DNA of 64,000 nt from Microcoleus sp. GTDB lineage: Bacteria; Cyanobacteriota; Cyanobacteriia; Cyanobacteriales; Microcoleaceae. Below the pieces are notes generated by a model. It searched no databases, was not told the origin of the DNA, and saw only the letters and a list, made by a program, of their open reading frames with translations. Numbering within the stretch: position 1 is the first letter of the stretch; each line of letters opens with the position of its first letter. Shown here in pieces: positions 35,227 through 45,766 of this stretch. The stretch covers positions 160,001 through 224,000 of the forward strand of contig JAYFMW010000006.1 of NCBI GenBank assembly GCA_042408215.1. Reading direction: 5' to 3'. The translations under genes were made by a program, and so were the position numbers.

Positions 35227-35802
35227 ATGTTTGTCAGCAAAAATAATTTCTACATCTCCCCAGAAGATTACCTAGAAGGCGAGGGAGTAAGCCCCATAAA
35301 ACACGAGTACAGACGCGGACACGTTTATGCAATGACGGGAGCAAAAAAACCTCACATTATCATTACTAGCAACTTAGTAAGACGACTGGGAAATCATCTA
35401 GATGACACGGGCTGCATCATTCTACCGTTAGATGTAAAAGTCAGACTGGAAGCAGCAAATTGCTATTACTATCCAGATGTAGCCGTGACTTGCGATGAAA
35501 GGGATGTAACTTCTACGGAAGACTTCATTCTCTATCCATCTCTAATTATTGAGGTGCTATCTCCTTCAACAGCAGCTTTCGATAGAGGCGATAAATTTGC
35601 AGATTACCAAACTTTATCGAGTTTGCAGGAATATGTACTAATCACTCAATCAGAAATCAAAATAGAGTGTTTTCGCCTCAATGCTGAAGGAAATTGGCTT
35701 TCTCAGACTTACAGAGAAGGAGATGAGTTAGAGTTAATGAGTATAAATTTTAGATGTGCGATCGCCCAAGTTTATCAAAAAGTCCCTGGCATTATATTGT
35801 GA
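35227..35802 (+). CDS. Uma2 (DUF820) family endonuclease-like protein
   Basis: KHEYRRGHVYAMTG, YYYPDVAV, IIEVLSPST, DRGDKF. Confidence 0.92.
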   Translation: MFVSKNNFYISPEDYLEGEGVSPIKHEYRRGHVYAMTGAKKPHIIITSNLVRRLGNHLDDTGCIILPLDVKVRLEAANCYYYPDVAVTCDERDVTSTEDFILYPSLIIEVLSPSTAAFDRGDKFADYQTLSSLQEYVLITQSEIKIECFRLNAEGNWLSQTYREGDELELMSINFRCAIAQVYQKVPGIIL

Positions 35803-35952
35803 TATGTGAAACAAAAATTTTAGGAGTCAACTCCTCTCATCTTTACCTTGGCAAAAACATTAAACCAATTTCGTAGTAAGGACTTTAGTCCTTAAAATGA
35901 GGACTAAAGTCCTCACGACAAACTGAAATGATAGCTAACAATAGAAAAAACA

Positions 35953-37194
35953 ATGATTAAAATTCTGCATCTTTCGGATATCCACATGGGAAGCGGGTTT
36001 TCCCACGGGCGCGTCAATCCAGAAACAGGTTTAAATACACGCTTGGAAGACTTCGCGAACACGCTGAGCAAATGTATTGACAGAGCGATTTCTGAACCTG
36101 TAGATTTAGTCATATTCGGCGGCGATGCTTTCCCCGATTCCACGCCGCCACCGTTTGTAAAAGAGGCTTTTGCGGGTCAATTCAGCCGCTTGGTTGATGC
36201 ACAAATTCCGACTGTTTTGTTAGTAGGAAATCACGATCAACATTCCCAGGGACAAGGTGGCGCGAGTTTGGGTATTTATCGGACTTTGGGGATACCTAAG
36301 TTTATTGTAGGCGATCGCCTGGATACTCACCGCATCGAAACCCGCAGCGGGCCGGTACAGGTGGTAACATTGCCTTGGTTGACGCGATCGACCTTAATGA
36401 CGCGATCGGAAACTGAAAACCTGTCTATGGGCGATGTTAACCAATTATTAACCGAAAAACTGACGATCGCCCTAGAAGGAGAAATTCGTCGCCTCGATCC
36501 AAACATCCCCACCATACTTTTAGCACACTTAATGGCAGATAAAGCGATTTTGGGTGCCGAACGTTTTTTAGCAGTTGGAAAAGGCTTTAATATCCCCGTT
36601 TCGATGCTAACTCGCCCTTGTTTTGATTACGTTGCTCTCGGCCATGTTCACAAACACCAAAACCTAAATTTATCGAACAATCCGCCCGTAATTTATCCCG
36701 GAAGTATCGAACGGGTTGATTTTAGCGAAGAGAAAGAAGACAAGGGTTTTGTGTTAGTTGAGTTGGAACGGGGGAGAGCAGATTGGGAATTTTGCACTTT
36801 ACCTGTGCGAGTATTTCAGACTATTAAAGTGAAGGTTTATGACTCAGAAAATCCCCAATCAGAGTTAGTTAAAGCTATTGGGAAGACAGAGATACAAGAC
36901 GCGGTGGTGAGATTAATTTACCAATTGCGATCGGAACAATTGGATTTAATTGACAACGCAGAATTGCACGCACTTCTGGGTGAAGCACACAGCTACACAA
37001 TTCAACCGGAATTAGTCAGTCAGTTAGCAAGACCGCGATTGCCGGAATTGAACGCTAACAATAGTATAGACCCGTTAGATGCTTTGAAAACTTATTTAGC
37101 AAGTCGCGAAGATTTGAAAGATCTTGCTGAGAGTATGTTGGAGGCCGCGCAGGGTTTGTTGGGCGGCGACGAGAGCGAAATTATGTCATTCTGA
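35953..37194 (+). CDS. sbcD: Exonuclease SbcCD subunit D
   Basis: LHLSDIH, FGGDAF, VGNHD, ALGHVH, YPGSIERVDFSE. Confidence 0.93.
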   Translation: MIKILHLSDIHMGSGFSHGRVNPETGLNTRLEDFANTLSKCIDRAISEPVDLVIFGGDAFPDSTPPPFVKEAFAGQFSRLVDAQIPTVLLVGNHDQHSQGQGGASLGIYRTLGIPKFIVGDRLDTHRIETRSGPVQVVTLPWLTRSTLMTRSETENLSMGDVNQLLTEKLTIALEGEIRRLDPNIPTILLAHLMADKAILGAERFLAVGKGFNIPVSMLTRPCFDYVALGHVHKHQNLNLSNNPPVIYPGSIERVDFSEEKEDKGFVLVELERGRADWEFCTLPVRVFQTIKVKVYDSENPQSELVKAIGKTEIQDAVVRLIYQLRSEQLDLIDNAELHALLGEAHSYTIQPELVSQLARPRLPELNANNSIDPLDALKTYLASREDLKDLAESMLEAAQGLLGGDESEIMSF

Positions 37195-37479
37195 GCGAAG
37201 CGAAGAATCTCAAACCATTGCAACACCCTGACAATAAGTAAGTCCTGTTACATAAGTCAGGGCTTACGCACGTAATACGATTTACTGTCATTACGAACGT
37301 AGTGAAGCAATGTTTCGACGGAGTTTATCCTGAGCGAAGCCGAAGTTTCGGAGACCATGTGAATTCCAAAAATCTCCGTATAAACCCTGTATCCCGATCC
37401 AAATATTTATGATAATTTTATTACATCAGTTCAAGTGTTAGCTATCAATTCATTGATCGGGGAAATCGAATGAATAGTT

Positions 37480-37803
37480 ATGAACTACGGCGAAAAACAT
37501 TACTGCGACAAATCTCACTGTCCTCACCCTCAAAAGCTAGCTTGCAATCAGTTTTGTATCAGTTGTAGTCGCACAATTGGGCCCCATCGCACCAGGGAAG
37601 TGAAATCTGAGTTTGTGCAGGTAACGAAGAAGGAACTTGCTCCCCAAGAACGCTTACCTCCTCGTTCAAAGCTGAATTTAACTTACGGTGATCTCCCCAG
37701 TAGACTGCGGAGTACGCCAGACGATTATTGGTCAAAACCTTCTCATTCTTGGCAGAGTTCTGCACCACAGAAGAATGATTTTCAGCGTGTATTGGGATAT
37801 TAA
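37480..37803 (+). CDS. Hypothetical small protein with a Cys/His-rich N-terminus
   Basis: ATG ORF with C-x4-C-x7-C-x3-C-x2-C; no family recognised. Confidence 0.45.
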   Translation: MNYGEKHYCDKSHCPHPQKLACNQFCISCSRTIGPHRTREVKSEFVQVTKKELAPQERLPPRSKLNLTYGDLPSRLRSTPDDYWSKPSHSWQSSAPQKNDFQRVLGY

Positions 37804-37930
37804 AAGTATACTTTCGTTGAACATCCCGGAGAGTCGAGTGGGAGTTGGAGGAAATTATTTTGGCCGATCGTAATTGGTGCGGCGTTGTGGTTCTGGTTTT
37901 TCCGCTGATTCTTTGATAATTGAGAGGGTG

Positions 37931-39187
37931 ATGAAGTATTTTTTGCTGTTTTTATTTGCTTTAGTAATTTCGGCGCTCCTGGTAATAACCTATGGGAGTA
38001 GAGAAGCAGTTGGAAATAAACATTCAAGAGTTGGAAGGATAGCAAACATGACATCTCAAGGATCGAATAACAGCAATAAAGTTAAACAAGATGGCCTCCT
38101 ACTTGAAATCAGAGAGCCACAAATTATTGCACTAGCCATCCCAGAAAACAAGCCCAATGCCACGGCTCCAGTAAAGCTTGCTGTTGTCGTTACCAATAAT
38201 ACACAAACCTCAATTCCCTTCAGAATCTCTGGCGCTTTAATACCAGAAATTGTCGGGTCTGATGGTCAAGCACTGCACCGAAAAGAACCGAAAAATCGGC
38301 AAGTTGGGGTTGGCAAATATGATTGTGTATTACTTGGGGTCGGAGAACAAATAGGCATCTCTTTGGACGCAAGACTCTCTTGGCAGAATAACTTACTTCA
38401 ACTCGTAGTACCTAATAGCCCAGACTACTGGCAAATTCCTACTAATTTCGATAACTCTTGGTCTTTTGATACTCTTGGGTCTGGGGAATATCAGGTTCGA
38501 TTCTCTTATGACAGCCCTGTTGGGAATGTCTTTTGCTTAGACCCACAAACTGGACAAGAAAAGATAATAGAAGTAATCGAGACAGGTAAGTTGACAACTC
38601 CCTTCGCTAATCTTCGCCTAATTCAACCTGTTGGATTTAATAACAATGCAGTGGAAGTTGATGGCATTCATTTTGAAACCTTGATGCCGGAGCCAGTTGT
38701 TAACCGTGCTCAACAAGCAGGCGCAATGCAGAAAGTTCTGTACAGATTGGTATGCGGATTACCAACAACACACCAACCCCATTTTACTTCAGCTTTTATG
38801 GCACTTTTACTCCAGACCTTGTAATGCCAGATGGTCAGGTACAGCGGGGAGGCTACAATACCGACTGGATGAGAGGGCCTGAAGAATCTGACTTTCTGTT
38901 AGTCACACCTGGAAAAAGTCTGACATTCTTTCCAGCATCAGCCCTGTCTTTGAGGAAGCGCGAGCCAACTTTTCCCTTCTTGTCTACTAATGGATATGGT
39001 GGTTCATTGCCCTTTTGACTCACTCAAGCCAGGTATATATCACTTCCGCTTCCAGTATTACAATACGAGTGATACCATACCGAAGAAAAATCTTGCTGGG
39101 GAGTCGATTGAAAGTCGGCCAATAGAAAAAGTTTGGACTGGGCGGGTGGATACTCCCTTTGTTGAATTTAGCATAGTCCAGCCTTGA
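37931..39187 (+). pseudogene. Secreted protein with two tandem Ig-like domains, broken by three +1 frameshifts
   Basis: Signal peptide MKYFLLFLFAL; internal duplication (VTNNT...PEIVGSDGQ...GEYQVRFSY...TPF versus ITNNT...PDLVMPDGQ...GIYHFRFQY...TPF); extra bases near 38697, 38720 and 39013. Confidence 0.7.
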
Positions 39188-39649
39188 AATGAATGAGGAA
39201 TGATTCAAGGCGGTGTGGTTCTGGTTTTTTCGCTGATTGTTCGGTAATCCAGAGGGACATGAGGTGTTTTTTTCGGTTTTTAGTTTACTACTTTCCCACG
39301 AAAAACAGTATCCATTGAAACTTTTTAGCTACAGAAGTCAAGATTTTCTCTGAAATCTTCCTTTAGGCATAACTAATATTACTGGGTAAAATTTGATTTC
39401 CTTCTCTGGATGTTACTAAAGTCAGTAAATTTTCGGATGTGGTCAGCATTTGTGCTGTGATAAAATTCGGAAATAATCTCACCAAACTTCTTTTAAATCA
39501 GCGTGCTACTGCTACAGTTTTTATTGTTTTAAACGTGACCATCCAGAACATCAGGATTGAGGCAAGAGGTTGGCGCTGCTTTTAGTAGCTGGCTTCGTAT
39601 TGCGTTGGGATTATTTAACTAATCATCAGGCTAAAAAATAGCCCAGATT

Positions 39650-40456
39650 ATGAAGCATTTTTTCCTGTTTATGTTGGCTTTAATCCTTTCTGTGACAATG
39701 GCACTAGGCTCTGTTTTACCTGGAGTTACTGCCTATAACGAGGGGGAAATAGAGAGGGTAGCTGACTTGAATCGAGGCAATACAGTATCAAACAGTCGCT
39801 ACTCTGTCAGTGGCTCACGCAATGGCATTGTTACTGTCAAGGATGCTGTTTCTTCTGAGGTGATTCGTACCTTTCAAATGGATGCTGGAGTGGTTGTCAG
39901 AGAGACTTTTCTTTTGGAGGGTGGTAAGACAGTTGCTGCTTCGCAAAAAGACCATGCTGTTTTCTGGGAGTTGGCGACAGGTAAAGAAGTTCGCCGTTTT
40001 CCTCAAAGGATTTATGGCTTTTCCCACGATGAAACCAAGTTTTTTACTTACGAACTTCCGCAAGGGATAATATTCCTGCACAGCTATCCCAGCTTTACAC
40101 TTGTCTGCAAATGGGAAAAAGGAGCTCCCGGGCCTGTGCAGTTTCGCTTTTCGCCAAACGATCGCTTTTTGAACATCACATTTGGTAACGGATATCCCCC
40201 GATCGATGAAAATTATCCTCTACCGGATCGGAGTGGAGGTCCGGTGAATTACGCGCGACTTTTTGACATCGAAACTTGTCAGGAAATTAAAGAATTTTCT
40301 CAGCTTGATTTGCTATCTATAGGCGAGTTTTCTGCCGATTCAATTTTTTTAGTGACGCCACGATATATCTACGTCGATGTTAATAGCAATCGATTTGTAC
40401 GGACGTTGTGGCGTTTCAATCTCAAAACTTACCAAGTTGAAAAACTTGCTGATTAG
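39650..40456 (+). CDS. Secreted WD40/beta-propeller-like protein
   Basis: Signal peptide; FWELATGKEV, FSHDE, FSPND, LFDIETCQEI and FSADS blade-like repeats. Confidence 0.7.
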   Translation: MKHFFLFMLALILSVTMALGSVLPGVTAYNEGEIERVADLNRGNTVSNSRYSVSGSRNGIVTVKDAVSSEVIRTFQMDAGVVVRETFLLEGGKTVAASQKDHAVFWELATGKEVRRFPQRIYGFSHDETKFFTYELPQGIIFLHSYPSFTLVCKWEKGAPGPVQFRFSPNDRFLNITFGNGYPPIDENYPLPDRSGGPVNYARLFDIETCQEIKEFSQLDLLSIGEFSADSIFLVTPRYIYVDVNSNRFVRTLWRFNLKTYQVEKLAD

Positions 40457-40493
40457 GATTTAATACACTTTCAAGTAAATAGGAGTCAAGGCT

Positions 40494-41924
40494 ATGTCAC
40501 ACCGAAATACTAGCACAACATACATATGTGCGATCTCAATAGCTGCATTTTTTGAAACCATTTCAAGCGGGGCAGTTTGTGCAGCACAACTGACTTTTGA
40601 TGTAATCGTCAAAAATGAAGTTTTAGGTAATATTAGCCTGGAGAAAGAAACCAGGCCTGTCCCAACAGGAACCGAAGATGCAATTGTCGGTCAATTCGTT
40701 GCTACTAAAAATGACTGGAAAAATTTTCTCGGCGTCGATCATCTCAACTGGCTTCAAATAGTAACGCAAGATTCAAATCCACCCATACCTATTGACCCCC
40801 GCTTCGCCAATAACCCCCTAAAAGTCCCATATATAGATACCCCACCATCTGGTTATCTTAGTGGATGGGCTGACCAGGAACCTTGGTACTGGAATGAATA
40901 CAGAATTCCAGAAGAATTAGAACCATTTCTACCCTGGAGTGAATATACCCAGCTAGCAGTACAGAGTCAAAACAATGGTCAGATTTTAAAATTCTCTGAT
41001 GTACCGAGTGGTTCTCAAGCCAATAATCTCAAGTTTGAGACATTTTTGGTAGGTGATTTCGGCAACAAAACCTACGATTTTTTAACAAGTTTTTCCTGGT
41101 CAATTTCCCTCACTGGAGGCACTTCAAGTATCACAAATATCGAAAAAGGTGCAACATTTACCGAACAGTATGCCAACCTAGTTGAGGAACAGTTTGGGTA
41201 CAAAAAGGTTGACCTACTCCCCACCTATTTATTTTCCAGTGCCTTATCTCCTGGCAAGGTGGATTCTTTTACAGAATCTGGACTTCAAGCATCAGCACCT
41301 TTTGTCGCCTGGACTAATAACTTTCCCGGTATCAATCCACCCAAACAACCAGACACAATTTTAGGAGCGTTTAACCAATCGGGAAATTTGATTGCGGTGA
41401 ATGACGACGGTGGGCCGTTTGGGAGCAATTGGGGTTCAGGGATTAAAAGTTCTGTAAACAATGACGGTTCTCTCAAACTCAAGGTGAGTGGCTACAACGA
41501 CTTCAACTTTGATGAGCGTAATGACTTTAGTGGCGACCCATGTAACGGCGGTAGCGGTGGTGGTGGATGTGTACGCAATGTACCACATCCTCAAGTTGGA
41601 AAATATGACTGAGCTGTCAAGATGTATCAAGATTATCTTCCTTCTCGCAGTAGCGTTTCTACGTCTGCGAGTAACGTTTATACGAATACAAGAACCTTGG
41701 CTGCTAGGAATATAAACCAGGAAATGTCTTTTTCCGAAAGCAACGTTTCTGACATAGCAAGCCTTTACAGCAACGAATCACCAAACGAAAAAGCCTCATC
41801 TGAAAAAGCCGAGGAGGATGCCCTCGCGGCAGAAGCTGTGCCCGAACCAACCACCGGATTAGGAACTTTATTAGCCCTAGCTATATTGCCTGTAATTAAA
41901 AGACTTAAAAATAGAAAAAATTAA
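40494..41924 (+). CDS. PEP-CTERM-sorted surface protein interrupted by a single in-frame TGA at 41610-41612
   Basis: 40494 and 41622 ORFs share a frame (GKYD*AVKMYQ); signal peptide, PPC-like DTILG...NDDGG segment, C-terminal VPEPTT-TM-KRLKNRKN. Confidence 0.8.
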
Positions 41925-41929
41925 GAGTA

Positions 41930-43243
41930 ATGAAAACCCTCTACACCCTGCTATATGCCCTCAGCATCATCCTCATCAACCCGTGGGGAAGCAGCCGGGG
42001 CATCATCTGGACTTCCCCAAAAGTGTTCGTTATTTGGCTAATAGTAGGAGTCAATCTCGCCCTCTTGTGGGAACAAAGAAAAGCCATAACCATTCCCAGA
42101 CAATGGAAAATCTCGCTAATACTTTGGACAATATTTCTATCAATCGGAGCTATCTCGACTCTACAAAGTCCTTTTCCCTTAACCTCTTTCTTCGGTCAAG
42201 ATCAAATGGGAGACGGCTGGCTCTACTGGCTGTTAATTGCCGCCTTCACCCTCAGCAACAGCTTACTCCTAATCGTACACCCGCAACTGATTAATTCCCA
42301 ATTCCAAGGACTGCTAATTGGTGGCATCATTCTTTCTCTTAGTATCTTCCCCCAAATCATCGATTGGCGGATCGACTATACCGCGACAATGGGGCAAATT
42401 ATCAGAGCTGATGTCCTAGCCAGCAGTATTTTTCAAGGACAACAACCAATAGGATTGTACTCCCACAGAGGCCATGCAGCTATAGTTTTAGCATTAATAG
42501 TAATTACTACTATTGTGGGCTGGATTGGGAGATTTACGACAACTAAATTAACTGCAATTACTTTGATTTTAACTGTTCCTGCACTGCTGCTAACTTCTAC
42601 CCGAAGTGCTATTTTAGCTTGGATTGTGGCTAGTGCCTATTTGCTCAGAGGCAAATATTATAAAATCCTTGTAGGAATTGTTCCGATCGCCATAATCGCT
42701 ATTGGCATCATGACTGTCAGCAGACCCCTAGATTGGAGCAAACCGACCATCGCACAAATCATGTCTAGCCGATCGCCAATGTGGACACTCTCAGTGCGTG
42801 GCCTCAAAAAACGCCCGCTATTTGGATGGGGATTTGACGGTTTTGGCATTGCCTATCCCTACATCAGAAATCCTCAAGTAACTCCGATCGTTGTAAATTT
42901 AGACGAGTTTACTTACGACTATATTAACATAAAAGGTGAAATCAGCACTAGAGAAATTTCTACTTACAAAGCTCACAATTGGATTCTGGATACAACCCTA
43001 TCAGTTGGCATTTTAGGGCTGCTTGCTGCTATGGCACTTTGGGGATATTATGTGTGTTTAGCGCTGAATTATTCTCTGGGTGGCCTTGAGGCAGTTGTTA
43101 TTGCTTATTTGATTTTTACGTTCACTTGGTTTGACTGCGCTCAATACGCACAGATTGCCTGGTGGACGATGAGTTTCGCTGGAGTTAGATATCCTCATGC
43201 TCTGGGGCTGGAGAAGAGAAGATTAATTTTATACAAAGTTTAG
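41930..43243 (+). CDS. O-antigen ligase / O-oligosaccharyltransferase family membrane protein
   Basis: TSTRSAILA, R..MW......KRPLFGWGFDGF, KAHNWILD motifs. Confidence 0.85.
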   Translation: MKTLYTLLYALSIILINPWGSSRGIIWTSPKVFVIWLIVGVNLALLWEQRKAITIPRQWKISLILWTIFLSIGAISTLQSPFPLTSFFGQDQMGDGWLYWLLIAAFTLSNSLLLIVHPQLINSQFQGLLIGGIILSLSIFPQIIDWRIDYTATMGQIIRADVLASSIFQGQQPIGLYSHRGHAAIVLALIVITTIVGWIGRFTTTKLTAITLILTVPALLLTSTRSAILAWIVASAYLLRGKYYKILVGIVPIAIIAIGIMTVSRPLDWSKPTIAQIMSSRSPMWTLSVRGLKKRPLFGWGFDGFGIAYPYIRNPQVTPIVVNLDEFTYDYINIKGEISTREISTYKAHNWILDTTLSVGILGLLAAMALWGYYVCLALNYSLGGLEAVVIAYLIFTFTWFDCAQYAQIAWWTMSFAGVRYPHALGLEKRRLILYKV

Positions 43244-43363
43244 TATTAGATCGAGTCCGGGTTAATTAACCCCTTGATTACTCGGCGGTTAAAACCGCTA
43301 CTATACAAACTTTCGTCCCTCTCTAAGAGACTAAGAATAAAATCGACTATTTAGAGGTTATTT

Positions 43364-44377
43364 CTAACCTTTAACTTCCACACCCCCAAAAACTTCGCCC
43401 ACAGCCAACCGAGTTCCGTTCGCAAAATCCACCCCAGACTGCACCTTTTTCCCGGCCAACTGCACCTCCCGCAATAATAATAAACCATTGCCAGTTTGGA
43501 CGATCGCCCCCAAGCCCTTCACAACCTTAACAACAGCCCCATTCTCCCCCGACAACTGCGACAAAACAGGCCAATCGCGCTCCAAAACCCTCAAATCCGG
43601 CGGCATTTGCAGCCAATATTCCGGCGCGACGGGCACAGTCGCCATCACCTTCAGAGAATTGCCGCGAAAACTGGTGGTACAATCCGGGTAAAAACCCCTA
43701 ACTTGATTGTGAAGCGCGATCGCACTTTTCGACCAATCCAACACAAAATCAGCACCCTTAATCATCGGCGCATAACTCGCCTGGGCCTCATCTTGAGCAA
43801 CAGCTTCAATTTTCCCATCCCTCAATTTTATCAAAGTTTCTACCAACAAATCCCCCCCAATTTCTGACAGCCTATCCCCCAAAGAATCAGCATTATCCAA
43901 CAGCGAAATACCAGCAAAAGCCTTCAACAACATCGCCCCAGTATCCATCCCCGCATCCATCAGCATTGTGGTAATTCCGGTTTCCTTTTCCCCGTCATAA
44001 AAACACCGCTGAATCGGTGCCGCACCGCGATACTTCGGCAAAATCGAACCGTGAACATTGACGCAAGCTAAACTAGGAATATCCAAAATTGCTTGAGAAA
44101 GAATCTGGCCATAAGCTACCACTACAAAAACATCGGCTGACGCTTCCCGCAATTTGGCAATTGTTTCTGCATCTTTCTTAATTCGCTGCGGCTGCAAAAC
44201 CGGGAGATGGTGATTTAAAGCCGCCATTTTTACCGGTGAAGCCATCAACTGATTGCCTCTTCCCCGGCGTTTATCCGGCTGAGTGACAACAGCCACTACC
44301 TCGAATTCGGGATGGCTTAGCAGACTGGATAAGGTAGGAACAGCAAATTCTGGAGTGCCAAAAAAGATTATTTTCAT
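43364..44377 (-). CDS. fmt: Methionyl-tRNA formyltransferase
   Basis: MKIIFFGTPEFA, VVTQPD, NVHGSILPKYRGAAPIQ. Confidence 0.97.
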   Translation of the reverse strand: MKIIFFGTPEFAVPTLSSLLSHPEFEVVAVVTQPDKRRGRGNQLMASPVKMAALNHHLPVLQPQRIKKDAETIAKLREASADVFVVVAYGQILSQAILDIPSLACVNVHGSILPKYRGAAPIQRCFYDGEKETGITTMLMDAGMDTGAMLLKAFAGISLLDNADSLGDRLSEIGGDLLVETLIKLRDGKIEAVAQDEAQASYAPMIKGADFVLDWSKSAIALHNQVRGFYPDCTTSFRGNSLKVMATVPVAPEYWLQMPPDLRVLERDWPVLSQLSGENGAVVKVVKGLGAIVQTGNGLLLLREVQLAGKKVQSGVDFANGTRLAVGEVFGGVEVKG

Positions 44378-44452
44378 ATAAATTGGTAATTGGGCATCGG
44401 CCAAAGAGGGCATCGGGAATTGGGCATTGGTTATTAGTTATTATCACCAACC

Positions 44453-44601
44453 AATAACTGCTAACTAATGACTAATAACTGCTAACTAATGACTAATAAC
44501 TGCTAACTAATGACTAATGACTAATGACTAATGACTAATGACTAATGACTAATGACTAATGACTAATGACTAATGACTAATGACTAATGACTAATGACTA
44601 A
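44453..44601. repeat. STRR heptamer array (GACTAAT)n
   Basis: Long tandem run; shorter copies near 56197-56232 and 57978-58010. Confidence 0.95.
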
Positions 44602-45545
44602 TAACTAATGGCAACTTCAATGCGGCGATTGCGCTGCCGGTTGGCATCGGAACTGTTGTCCACCGAAGGGCGACTTTCTCCATAGCCGATCGCCACCCAA
44701 TGATACTTCTCCCCAAGCACATTAGACAAATACCGCGTCACAGCCTCAGCCCGCGCAAAGGACAAATTGCGATTTTCCGCCACTTCCCCCACATTATCAG
44801 TGTGGCCCGCCACCCGCACAGTCGCGCCCTCGTAATTTCGCAAATCCGCCACCAAATTGTCCAAAATCGCATTAGTTCCCGCGCGGAAGGAAATGCTGCC
44901 AGTATCAAACAAAACATCGCTAGGTAAAGTCACCATCAGCGCATCCCCTGCAAACACGGGATTTTTATCACTTGGTTGCGCCCTAGTTACAGGCTGTGGA
45001 GTCGGAGTGCCGCCGATCGCAGGTAAAGCCGGAGTGGGGCTGGCCACTGTTTCCGGTGATGCCAATTCCCGCGACATCAATTGCAATCGCTTTTCCAAGG
45101 TTTCCGTCGGGCGACTGCTACCTAACTGACTCTCCAAAGCCGCCGTGCGGCCAATTAGGGCGTTTAACTCACCCTGCAACTGTCTCAAATCTGACTGCAA
45201 CTTCTGTTTCTGGGCGGGATTGACTTGCGACTGCCGACTCGGTGTAGCGATTGTCGGTAGCGCCGGAATTTGCTTTGCTGGAGCGCGTTTCCTATGGGGG
45301 GTCAAATTTTGAGTTTGACGCAGCAATCTCTCGGCGATCGGCATTTCTGTGGCGGTAGAGGGGTGAATTTGGGCGATCGTCATACCCAAAACCCAGGCAA
45401 AACCGCTGCCTACCCCCAGCAGCAACAGCCGAAAAATCAGCGATAGTACGAAAACACCTTTTCCCCGCGACTTGGGGGTGCGAGTTGGGGGGATTGCAGG
45501 TTTTTGGTTAAAAGATGCCGTCACGGTTTCTCCCTCTCGGTGCAC
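44598..45545 (-). CDS. OmpA/MotB C-terminal domain protein with N-terminal membrane anchor and coiled coil
   Basis: LPSDVLFD, VAGHTD, NLSFARA, GYGESRP, NRRIEV. Confidence 0.9.
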   Translation of the reverse strand: MHREGETVTASFNQKPAIPPTRTPKSRGKGVFVLSLIFRLLLLGVGSGFAWVLGMTIAQIHPSTATEMPIAERLLRQTQNLTPHRKRAPAKQIPALPTIATPSRQSQVNPAQKQKLQSDLRQLQGELNALIGRTAALESQLGSSRPTETLEKRLQLMSRELASPETVASPTPALPAIGGTPTPQPVTRAQPSDKNPVFAGDALMVTLPSDVLFDTGSISFRAGTNAILDNLVADLRNYEGATVRVAGHTDNVGEVAENRNLSFARAEAVTRYLSNVLGEKYHWVAIGYGESRPSVDNSSDANRQRNRRIEVAISY

Positions 45546-45569
45546 TTACCATATTACTTTCGATACTAC

Positions 45570-45669
45570 AGGACTTAAGGGCGTGGGACTAAAAACCCGG
45601 TTTCTGCCTCAATATATCGGAGAAATGCACAATTTTTCGGAGAAACCGGGTTTTTTTGCGTAAGCCCTA
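45570..45669. repeat. AGGACTTACGCA-type small inverted-repeat element with an internal AAACCCGGTTTCT...AGAAACCGGGTTT stem
   Basis: Related copies at about 55941-56031, 57000-57100 and partial ends at 37237-37270. Confidence 0.7.
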
Positions 45670-45766
45670 TACTATCCTAACTGCTAGACTTTGTGCTTTG
45701 GGTTTTGTTTCTCAAGCCAACATACAATTTGTTAGATAATGCAATATAACTTTTGGCAAAAAACCC

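Noticed and set aside
38690..39020. Programmed frameshifting in the split genes
   Set aside because: Lesions are +1 bases mostly in short homopolymers, several per gene, without slippery-site architecture; sequencing error or decay is simpler
41610..41612. Selenocysteine recoding of the in-frame TGA
   Set aside because: Context favours Leu rather than Cys, and I see no convincing SECIS hairpin
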